A stretch of 64,000 nucleotides of DNA from Amoebophrya sp. A120 (taxonomy: Eukaryota; Protista; Dinoflagellata): the NCBI GenBank assembly GCA_905178155.1, contig CAJINV010000003.1:1288710-1352709 (forward strand), given 5' to 3'. The position numbers and the translations under genes are program-made. Numbering within the stretch: the first letter of the stretch is position 1; each line of letters begins with the position of its first letter. The notes below the pieces were generated by a model, which worked only from the letters and a program-made list of their open reading frames with translations, had not been told where the DNA came from and did no database searches. Below are positions 44,081-55,422 of this stretch, in pieces.

Positions 44081-45080
44081 GCCCGTCTTCGCGATCCGTC
44101 TTCTATGCCCTCGGCGGGAGGACGGGGCGGAACCGCACGCACCACGTAAATCATCCTTCCCCGGGTGGCCGCCCCGCGAATGGATTTTGGAAAAAGCCTA
44201 GCTTTCCCGCCAACCGCGCGTGATTCTCATTCTGCTAGACAAACTTACGTTCAGTGCAATCACTAACTCCGCGTCGTTCTGCAGTGCTGCGGGATTTTTT
44301 GGCTAACTGAGTTCGTGCCGAGATCGCGCACCGGGAAGACGCAGAGGAGTGGGAGCTTTTTCTAACTATTTTTCTTGGTGCTCCTACTCGGTCACATATT
44401 TTCAGGGATTTTGTAGAGCGCAATTTGAATGCCGCATGCGCACTCTGTTTCAACGAGACCATGCGACCCACGTTTTTGATAGTAGATCCCAGTCAGCTAC
44501 GTGCTTGCGGGTGTTCTCAAAGAAAGAAAAAGCCATGAGGAGCAAAGAAAATCGGTCCACATTTTTTTCTCCTGTATGCCCATAAAGTTTGCCAATGGAC
44601 TATCGGTATCAAGCCTTCGTTTTTCTGCGCGCAATCTTGTAACAGTAACTCCATCGAGATCGAAACTGTCACTCACCATCAGGTCGGATTTTCGGTAATC
44701 TAGTCTCACCCCAAGAACACTAACCCCGGCCATTTCGAAAGCGCAGCAAATATCTAGGAAATTCTTCGTTCCCCATTGCTAAGCGGTATCGCTCAGGGAG
44801 GGGATGAACAAAGATTTCAAAACGAAATGCAAACTGTGTGCGCACGGCAAATTAGCTTTTCCAAATTGAATGAATAGCGAGCGTTCTGCTTGGTACGCTG
44901 AGCGTGATTTCGCAAAAACGGTTCAAGATCGTACATTGCTTACATAGCACGTTGTTTTTTCTCGTCCGATTGGTATTTATGACGTCGTTAGATGACGTCG
45001 TCGTCCTTACATCTATTCATTAAAGAAATTCACCACCGACAATACCCGCCTCGCCCTTTATTTTAGTACAACACATCATC

Positions 45081-48000
45081 ATGGCACGACACTTCCTCTC
45101 ACTTCTTCTGTCGCTTGCTGCGAGCGACCGAGCAGAGGCCGGCATGCCGATTGACATCGCGCTGTACCCGAAGTGCGTGCAAACTGCCTGCGAGGAATCG
45201 GAGAAAGGCAAAAACGATGCCGACTGCTGTGCGATTCCGTGGATGGCGGGCTGCAGTGCGGGGCACAAGTACTACGCGGGAGCGTACGGCTGCGGGTGGT
45301 CTCTGGAGTGGCTGGGCGCGCGGAGCACGTGTTGCATAGCGGATGCCGCTTACCCCACCGGCGACTACGACGTGCAGGCGCGCTGGAACCAGTTTGCGAC
45401 CGAGGCCGATAAACAGGTGGCGCTCGCGGAAGAGGCAAAGGAGGCCGAGCGGCAGAAAGCCGCGGAGGAACGAGCGGCGAAGGCTACCACGACCGCGCAG
45501 CGCCACATCGACCAAACCAAATGCGCTGACCACGGTGGACAGGACTGCTGCGCGCACGACTCGTGGGGCGAGCCACAGCGCTGCTCGGGTGGTTACACGG
45601 CGGTCCCGGACAGCATGGGTACCTGTTCGTCCACATGGCCCGGCTGCGCCTACCACAAAGGCGGTATCGGTTGCTACGCTTGCTCCTCCACCACCGGTAC
45701 TTCCCCATCGCAGGCCGTGTCGCAGCGAACGGCGCAGTTTGACCTGTCGAAGTGCAGTGACTGGGGAGAAGACTGCTGTGCGTCGCCAACGTGGGGCGAG
45801 GCTCAAACCTGCAAAGACGGCTACGTCCCCATTCCGGACCCCGCGGGACAGTGCAGCTCCAGCTACGGCCCCTGCCCCTCGCACGAGGGCGGCATTGGGT
45901 GCTACGGCTGCTACCCGGCCGTGCTTGCGGCCGAGGTCGACCCGGGGCACGACGGTAGCAAGTGCACCGACGTGGGCAAGGACTGTTGCGCGAGCGCGTC
46001 TTGGGGCGAGCCGCAAACCTGTGCCGAGGGGTATGTGCCCATCGCGAGTCCACCGGGAACGTGTCCGTCCTCGTACGCGATGTGCATCACGATCCAGGGC
46101 GGCCGCGGGTGTTACGGCTGCTACCCGTCGGGAACGACGCAAGACCAGTCCTCGTACGACTTGTCCAAGTGTTCCGTCCGACTGGGGAGATGACTGTTGT
46201 GCGCACTCCTCGTGGGGCGAACCGCAGACCTGCCGGGACAACTACCTGCCCATCCCCAACGCGCGGGGTCGCTGCACCTCTTCGTGGCCGCACTGCGCCC
46301 CGCATGAAGGCGGCATTGGCTGCTACGGCTGCTACCCCCCGGGAAACAAAGCCATCCAGGACGTGAACGCGGCTGCGGGGCAGCACGACGGTTCCAAGTG
46401 CAGCAATGCGAACTGGGATTGCTGCGCTCACTCGTCTTGGGGATCGCGGCAGACGTGCTCTGATGGGTACGTCGCCGTTCCGAATCCGCCCGGGTCGTGC
46501 ACCACACCTAGGGATGCGCGTCAGTGCGCCCTGAAAGACGGTGGCATCGGGTGTTACGGGTGCTACCCCGCGCACGCAGCCGTGGCGAGCGTGTATCGGG
46601 ACACCACGGCGCAGCAGCACAACCAGCCCGCGGTTGTCGACAAGTGCCGGTCCAAGACGGATTGCAACTGCAACTCGAACAACGCGGACATCGCCCCGAA
46701 GGTGTGGGACGCTCCCGGCCACTGTCACGAAGGCACGTGCTATCACGGCTACACGGATGATTCCCGCTGCGCGGACACGAAGGCCTCGCAGAGCTACCGC
46801 GAGCTAAACGACGGGTCCTCGCGCAACATCATCGGGGAGCATGCGTGGTGCTACGGCGGGCGTGTGGACTCGCGGTGCCCGCTGAAAACAACGCCCGCTT
46901 CGGCCACTAGCGGCACTTCTTCCAGCGCGTCAACGGCGCACTGCGGAACAAGGGTCTGGCGATCGGACACGACGGCGTATGTCCTCGGTGCCCCGGTATG
47001 CATTGCAAATATGTCTGGGTCTGAAGGATGCAAGGTTTGTCATGCTCGTCTGGCATTACTGAAGAATTTGTGATACGTGTCCAAGAAGAGATCCTTTTGC
47101 TTGTGATACAAAGCGCAGTTTGTCATGCGGAAAGCGCAACACTAAGCCGCGCAAATGTTTCTCATGCTTTTCTGTGCGTTACAGAAAGTTCACTATTCGC
47201 AACTCAGCATTACAAGTTTGCAGACCCAGACATATTTGCCCTGGATACCCGGGTAGTCGCGAGTGCGGCGCTTGCGGCGGCGTGGTGGCAACCTACGACG
47301 CCTGTATGGACGCGTCGCGGGCGGGGAAGACCTTTTTGGGTATCAACGGTCTCCCGGCCCGGGAGAATTGGGGCGGACCCTCGGGGTGCCACATTCAGGA
47401 GCGGGCCAACTTCCAGTGGAACGACCGCACCAACGGCGATGGTGTGAGCGGTCACACGCCGGTGTGCATTCACCAGGGTACTACTGCGGATTCCGCCGGA
47501 ACAAGCACGGACGCCTCTTCGATGATCATCCACGAAGCGGACACGGAGTCGTGGAACGAAAATGGCCCGTACGGAGCGCAGGGATACCGCGCCCCGGCCG
47601 ATGTCGAGGGCAACGCGGAATGTCGGAAAAGCGCCTGCGAAGAATACGAGAAGGGGCGCGTCGACACGGACTGCTGCTCCACTCCGTCCACGGCTTTTTG
47701 CGCCGCCGGCCATCGCTACCAGGCGGGCACGGAAGGCTGCGGCTGGGGCCTGGTGCAGGGCCAGCGCAGTACCTGCTGCATTCCCGACACCAGCTACCCC
47801 GCGGGCAGCGCGGGCGCCGATCTGCACACCGGAACAACCGCGAACACCGCCAACAGCCTCGCCGCATCCGCGCGATCCGCCATTCGGGGCAGCGGCAATC
47901 CGGACGCGGAGACCAAGAAAATGGAAGACGCAAACTTCAAAACCGTGGACACGGCGACCACCGCCGCGACCGTCACGTTCGAAGTGAAGCAGGCGGTCGA

Positions 48001-49603
48001 AGGCTTGTCCGTGGGGGAGCGGCTCGAGTGCGTCCCCGCGGCCTGTCGCGAGTTCAAGTCCTCGCTGGCCGATAACGACTGCTGCGCCATCCCGCGCATG
48101 GCCTTTTGTGGGCCGGGTCACCGGTACGTCCCGCTCGTGAAAACCTGCGGCTACGACCTGATACTGGACCTGGGGCAGCGGACCACCTGCTGCGTTGCGG
48201 ACCTGAATGCGATCTACCAGCAGAACGGTGATTCGGGGAAGGACTGGGCGATGCGGTTGTACGAAGCCGGCACCTTCGCGCAGGCGGCCGAGCCCGTGTC
48301 GGAAACGGACAGAACCGCGGTGGAAGCCGTGGCGGCATCCGTCCGAAGTGAGGCCGCGCTGGGGGGCGCGCAGCCGCAAAGCGGGGTGGTCGGCACGATC
48401 CGGACGACCGAGATCCTGCCCGCCGACGTTGACGTGGCTGCGCTGAACGAGTCCTCCGACTACAAGGACGCGAAGGCGACCGGGTTGGGGCTGGCCCTGC
48501 TGATCGAGCGCCCGCACGACAGTATCAGCGTGGCAGTGAACGTAGCGGGAGTACTGTCTCGCCGCAGGCTCCTGCTCGCTGGGCCCCCGGACGACTCTAC
48601 AACTTCCAACCACCGCCGCCTCGACGCGGTCACCGTGGAGACCAAGTTCACGGTGAAGAGCCCCGTGGAGGGGCGCGGCGCCGCGCTTGCCGCGGCGCTT
48701 AACGACACCATGTCGTCGAGCCGGGTTCAAGCGTTCACGCAGGAAGAGGCGGAGAAAAAGAATCTGATGGGCGGCAGCTACCGCATGGACGCGGTCAGCA
48801 GCGTCGGCGTCACCACGCACGGCGGCGCGAAAACCGACTGCGACACGAAGCTACGGACCGGCTACGTACCCACGGCCGCGGACCTAAATCCGTCGCAAGC
48901 GAATCCGGCCAGCACAACCAGCACCGGCAGCACGCGGTACGTGACCGCGGGCGGCCGCGTGGTGGAGCGCGACGCGCCGGTCGGTACTTCATCTTCCGAC
49001 GAGAGCGGGGGGACAGGCGACACGGCGGACGATGAAGGATCAGCCGTAGTTCTGCTCGCGATTGGCGGAGGCCTCGCTCTCTTCGCGTTCGGAGTCGTGC
49101 TCGGAAGCAGGTTTGTGACCTGGGGCTACGCGGGCAAGAAGGAAACAACCGTCAGCGGTTCGGAGCAGGAGCGGAATTTCGCCCCGCAAGCCCCGCCCAC
49201 CAACGGTGATCTGGCCACTAGCCAACCGCAAAGAACGGGATTATTCCCCCAGCCGGCAATGCCGAACTTTGCCGGGTTTTCTCTGAGCCAATACCAGAAC
49301 AACAACCAAGTGGCGCCGACGGTGCAGAAGAACGGCATGAATTACGCGGGGTCTTCGGGGCAACCGTACGTCTCTCATGCGGGAATGATGCAGCGCCAGC
49401 AGCAACCAACGATGCAGTTGCAGCCGATGGCACCACCAGCTCCGCCCCGGCGACCGGTCACAACACTGCCGCAGCAGCCTATGGTCATTACGCAAGCAGG
49501 CGCGACGAGCCAGACCGTGGAGCGGAAATCAAAGAAGAAAAAGAACAAGGAGAATCGAGATTCTTCTACGGACCGCGATCCGAGGAGTTCCTCGCGTCGG
49601 TGA
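45081..49603 (+). CDS. Cys-rich type I membrane/surface protein (signal peptide, tandem Cys modules, TM, Q/P-rich tail), carrying an introner and a 4-bp frameshift
   Basis: MARHFLSLLLSLAAS signal. Five KC.D.G.DCCA..SWGE.QTC..GY.P.P...GGIGCYGCYP modules and three C...ACEE....D.DCC..P..A.C..GH.Y modules. TM AVVLLAIGGGLALFAFGVVLG. Frame shifts at 46173-46180. Removing the introner joins VLGAP-GSRECG. Confidence 0.85.
46997..47247. mobile_element. Introner (non-canonical intron), family A, TSD CCCGG
   Basis: CCCGG at 46992-46996 and 47248-47252. Ends tatgcattgcaaatatgtctgggtctg / cagacccagacatatttgccctggata. Confidence 0.92.
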
Positions 49604-50637
49604 GCGCCGTTCTTTTGAAATTTGGCAAGCAGTACGAGAGACGCTGGGTTGCAAGTTAAATTAGATTTTCTGGGGCGTTGAGTATTCAAGCCTCTCAACA
49701 ACAACACATCTGTACCTTTCTGGCATGTTGTCAAAATATTCAACTCTGCATGGAGTACCGTAGTTTCCTTGCGCCTCGTAACAAGTGTACAATATTAGCA
49801 TATGATTTTTCGGCGCGTAGGCGGCTCATACCCATTGGTTCTAGTTTCTTCGACATGGTACTATCTTCATAATGTGTTTTTTTTGTTTTGCTGTACAACC
49901 ACAAGCAAAACGCACAAGCATCTAGCGGTTAAAGGACACCTTCATCCACGGGAAGGTAGCACTGGCAGGCCGTCTCTGCGTAAAGCAGAAGTGAAGTCCG
50001 AAACTTCGACTGTACTGCCTTAATGTCGTCTGTGTTTATTTTTTTTTGCCACGAATATGCAATGTGTATGTGGCTCTGTAAGTACACCAAATTATGATGT
50101 GTGACTCGAAGTTTATTAGCATGTACCACTGCAAATGGACCAGCAAGAGGAAGAGCTGGACCGGGAGATCATTGGTCGAACGTCTTTTCCCGTGTCGGCA
50201 ACAAATGATAATGTGTAGAAAATGTTGAGTACAGCATTCATCTTCAGGTTGCATGTGTAGCCTGGATGACGAAAATAGCAAATGGAGCATCATCAAACGT
50301 GATAAGAGAAAGACTGTATCCGCCCGCGTCGGAGGTGGGTGTTCAAAGAGCACGTTTCTTCTTCGAGAAATTTTTGCTTTTGACGTTCTTTCGGTTCCGA
50401 TTCCGTACGCTCGCAGCCGATCGTCAGTATGTTGGTAATGGTTTTCTTTGACAAAATCGCCATGGTGTGATGCCGACGTAGAAAGAATGCGAGGCACTTC
50501 TTTCGCGTCACGCTTTCGCACGTCCTGCTGCAACGTGTATGATGAAGCGAGAAAAACATCTCTCTCGTTCTGCTTGCTGATCTACATCTTCGCAAGAGTG
50601 GTGCTGCGTTGCCACGCAAAGAGTACTTAGTCGAAAG

Positions 50638-53600
50638 ATGAACCTGTCCGTATTTTTTGCACTTTTGACCCTCGTCGGCTGGTGTGGCACGGCACTGTAC
50701 GAGCAGGTTTTCAATGTGGCGCACCCGCTAGCCGACATCACCGCAAACTGGCTGCAGGGGCGCCCGGATCCTCTCGCGACCCTGGGCTTCGATCGGAGTG
50801 CTTTGGAAAAGCTACAAGAAGCCAAGTGGCAGCAGGCGCTTGAGGTACTAGGTTGTAGTTTTTTTGACCTTTATTTATTTGCAGCTCAAGATGAAAATGC
50901 AGCAGTTTTCGATTCAACAGAAAGCTTTGACGTTCTTCTCACAGATGTTGATGTGCTACTAACATCTCAATTCAGGTGGCCATCGAGAAACTGATAGATC
51001 GACAACCGGAGCGCGGAGCGGAAATTCAGAATGCGTTTTTGCTGTTATCTGACGCGGGCGTCCGCGTGTCCTTCTTCGAGCAGCGCATTGCCATCGAGGG
51101 GGCGGTCCGCTCGCTCCTCGCCCTTGCAGCGCTTGTGTCAGCGGGACTGGTGTGTCTGTATCTCCGGGTGTTTTACTTGCAAGTTGTGCACCGCGCGGAG
51201 CCCTCCTACCTTTCCCAATCCGGCTCTACAACTTCTCCGGCGCAACATCATCCAAACGCTATTGCGCGGGGCAGCAACGCCGAGCATGCGGGAGGCCGGA
51301 TGGATCGCTTGGCGAGGTTTTTCAACCTGGCGGAAACGGCGGGTGCTGGCGAGTCCCTCTTTGCGCCCTTGTACACGTTCTGTGCCGCGTACTTCGCCGT
51401 CTCGCGGCGGATTTTGAAGTTTGTTCTGTACTCCCTCCCGCGGTGTACTTTGGATTTCCTTCTGCTCGGCGCACCCTGGAAAAATCGAACGGAAGGGGGT
51501 GCGGGCAGGACGAGCTTTTGGGAAACAATCCTCACCACTCTCGACGAGGAATTCTTTCCCGACAAAATGCCGCAGGCCGCACCGACAGACACGCTGCTCG
51601 GGCAATTGCTGCGGGAGAACTTGCGGCATTTGGAGTTTCGGTTTCCGGTGTTTCTGTATTTGTCGGAGCAGGAAACCCCGCGAGTCGGGCTCAAGTTGAC
51701 GCAGAAGCGGAAGCAGGACGAACTCCGGTTTTTCGTCACCGACGTGGGTAGCCGGAGATGGCCCCGGGTGGGCAGCACGCTCTTGGTGAACAACAGTAGC
51801 ACGTCGGACGCGCAGCAACAAGCTGCCGACGGCAGCGCGGCGGGGCGACAAAGCGGCGGGGAGACCAGTCAGTCCGAAGCCGAAAGCGGGTCGGACACGG
51901 GTAGTGACGGCGGCGGCGGCCGGCGTGCGCTGCCTGGCTCCGAAATGCGCGCGCGGGCGCGCCGCAGTAAGCTCCTCCAGTCCACCAGTTCCCCCCTGGA
52001 TCACCCGTCCGCGGACAGCCCCACCAGTTCCCTGGGGGACCACAGCGTGGACTCCTTTCCGCATGTATTCTCGCCCCAGAGCGGCCAGCAGCAATCTTCG
52101 TTGTCCTCGGGAACAAGCGGGGGGCTTCGACAACCGGGGGTCGCAGGAGCACGCGCGCCCACGCAGAAAGCCATCAGTGCCTACCACCGCGGGCTGGATG
52201 CCTCGGGGGAAACAAACGGCGACTGGCTGTCCAAGTATGTCTGGCCTGGGGACGAGATCGTGGAGGTCAACGGGCGGCTGTGCGACCGTAAAGAGATCCT
52301 GGAGGAGGCCTTCCGGGTGACGAAGGCGAAAAAGCTGGTTGTGCTGCACCTGCGACGGAGTTTAGCCGCTCACCCCGCGTTTGCGCCCTTCTTTTTCACG
52401 GTGCGCGCGACCCGGCGGGGCCCTTCCTGGGGCTTGTCGCTCACGGCGAACACGGGCGACCACAGCGAAACGCTGCGGCTCGTGCGCATCGACTTTTCCG
52501 CCCAATTCGGACCAGCCACGGATGCCGCGGCGTCGGCCGGCGGGAAAGCCGCAGCCGCCGGTAGTTTGGCGAGCAGTGGGGGAGGATTCGCGAACAGCGA
52601 TATTGACGAGCAGGAACTGGATTACACTTCGGAGGAGGGAGAATTGCCGGACCCTTCGTCCTCCCCGTCGACAACCGAACCTGCGGCGGCTCACGAACAA
52701 CAACACCAACGCCGAAATTTCCAAAAGCCGCAGACCAGTCTGCGTGCGCGAAACCGGTCGCGGACCGGCGGGGCCGACCGATTGGAAAAACCGTTTGGCG
52801 TGTGCCGCCCAGGCGACCGGTTGGTTTTGCTGGACAGTCGCGTGTTCGGCGCGCAGAACATGCTGCGGCACTTGGAGAATCGGCCGCTCGACGCGGAGGT
52901 GTCCTTCACATTTTGTCGCGGCTTGCCACTAATCGCCGAAGCGGATCAGAGGAGAATTCGCCTGGAAGTAAACCCCGACGTGAACAGCGGCTACTACCTG
53001 GGCGGCGCGACGCCCCCTGGGGGTACTACTACTAGCCAAGCGCTGACGCCGGATTCCCCCCTGGCGCCCTCACCGATTGAAGCGAATTTAGCGGGCCTAT
53101 CGCAGCAGCCGTCCGGCGACCCGCCGCATCAGATTGTGCGAAAGAACACGACGACCTTTCTGAACAAACCGCAGCAGGTTTTTCTCGGCCTGAAGCTTGG
53201 GCGCTGTTGGGGCTGCAGCGACATCGGGGACGGGGTGTACGTAGAGCCGCGGTTTTTCCGCGACCACGAACTCGTGCAGCAGATTCCCGGAAGTAATGCG
53301 ACCACCACAGAGGACCGTCCGCCTGGAGGTAGCACTGCCGGAGCGCCGTCCCCTGGTGCCGAAGACGACGGCAGCGAGCAGTCGCAGCTGCGAGGAAAGC
53401 TGGTGTCCCTGCTCGCAAAAATGGGAAACCGTATTGTTACGTTTCACCAGCAGTTGCTGTTCGGCAAAGATTACCTCCCCGCCGTCGAGGTTCCAGTGGA
53501 GCAGCGCAACGTGGTCACGCAAGTGTTGCGCCACGGCTACCTGAGCCAGATCTATCCCGGCATCATCACGCCAAATATGGTGTTGGTATCCGTGAACGGG

Positions 53601-54899
53601 GAGGCCAACCCTGAATTGTTCCCTTCTCTACTGAAACAGTGCCGCAGCCTCGAGTTTCGCGTGCCCTGGCAGCAGCACAAGCCCAGCAGCGGCCAAAGTG
53701 CAGCAGCGGGTAGTCAACAGCAGCAGCCCGGAGAAACAAGAAAGCAGAAGAAAAACAAAACCCGACGACGTTCTTCCCAATTCGGCCTAATCGACCAACA
53801 GAACGCCGAAGCAGCCGCGCAACTTGCGGCGGCGGAGACAAAGGTCGCGAGCCGAAAGTTTTCTTCGGCGTTCATGAAAGCGCGGGCGCAGATGTTCGAA
53901 AAGGCTTCGACCGTGCCGAACATTGAAAAAATCAAGCGTTCGGTAGGTGCTCTGGAGGAGAAGGAGGATGCGGTCGCGAAGGCTGCCGGCCAGCCACAGT
54001 TGCATCTGCATGCAGGACCATCGTCATCATCATCTAGTAGCGCCAAAGTAGTCACATCAACACCGAGGGGTACTACAACCGCTGGGAGACCGTACGAAGA
54101 CGCGGCGCCCGGGGCGGGGAGAAATTTGAACAACAGCAGCTCGTCTTCGGGGATCAAGGGACAACTCCCAGCGTCCAGTCGCGCAGACAGGCGATCCTGG
54201 AAGGAGGACGCCAGGAAAGGGTCCGGCGCCGAGGACTCGTCGGCGGATTTTTTGTCGGCCGACCTTTCGGAGGATTCAGATTCCAAATCGTACTCGCACG
54301 ATACTGAGCTCGCGAGGCAACGGCTCGTGTCGTCCCAACGAGCGAAGGCATCGAGGTCATTCCCTCGGCCGGAGGGTGAACAACAGGTGACTCCGTCGGT
54401 CGTCTCGGTTTTAGCTCTTACGAAGGACGAGAGACCAGCAGGCGGTGGAGCGAGCATTGCCGCTGCTGGCGTGCCTGTCCGTGCGCAAAGGAATTTACTA
54501 TCGTCATCTGAGGCCGCTGTTGCTACCAGCAACGTCGACGCAACACCATTGACACTCCAGACCGAAGTCGCGAGGCAATGGAAGCGTCGATATAAATCTC
54601 TAGCTGTGGAGCACCGCACTTGCCGTCGTTTGCTTGCCGAGATGACGAAGCGTGTGGCGGAGCTGGAATATGAGGCCGACCTGCGCAAAGCGGACACTGT
54701 GCCCCCTTCTCTGGGGGCTGAGAAGCGAGAGGAAAAGAGTAGAAGTAGCAACTCGCCGGCGGCCATGCCGGTCCCTGCGGCGGACGGCTCGGATCCGCTG
54801 CTACCGGTAGACCGACTTTTGCAGGCGCGCGTGGAGTCCTTGCAGCAGCTGATCGTAATGTGTCAGTCGTTTTCAGCTTTTCCCGCTAAGGAAGATTAA
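50638..54899 (+). CDS. Membrane-anchored protein with degenerate PDZ-like domains and C-terminal coiled coil
   Basis: Exon 50638-50844, GT-AG intron 50845-50975 (branch ctactaac), then a long ORF. Signal/TM segments. PDZ-like motifs WPGDEIVEVNG, SWGLSL, RPGDRLVLLD, MVLVSVNG. Confidence 0.75.
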
Positions 54900-55422
54900 T
54901 TGCACAGACAAGATTCAATGTAGGATTATGAAGTGCAGACAGGTGTTCGTGTGTGTGTGGTCATGTCGTTGCGGTAGATGTGCGCGAAATGGATCATCTA
55001 GCACGATAGAGAGATCGTCGGACTGCAGAATTCTGGATATAGTACTTCGGTCGTCCGTTTGTTTCATTGGAGCTGAATAAAACAGATCACAGAACGGATC
55101 ATCATTCTGAGAAAATCGCTGTAAATCGCTTTGATCTACTTTGTTCGAATAAAATGCATGCCGCCAGCACAAGTCGATCCCGAGAACAGATCACTGCACA
55201 AAAAAAGGTTCTTGCAAATGGACGGGCATTGTTGAGTCCCATGATCTTTCAAGTTTTTTCGTCTTGCACTTGATGCAACAGCGAACCTACCGCTGTCTCA
55301 GTAACATATATCGTACGAACTTGTGTAGGGCTAGATTTTCAATGTCTGTTTGAGAGCGACGTAGGACAGACCTATCCCAGGTAGATCGCATCTGCTACAC
55401 GACCGAATTACATCCGCCAAGA

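Noticed and set aside
43163-44223. Several 200-260 aa ORFs on both strands
   Set aside because: They are a by-product of very high GC and a ~35-bp repeat that is not a multiple of 3. No protein-like signal.
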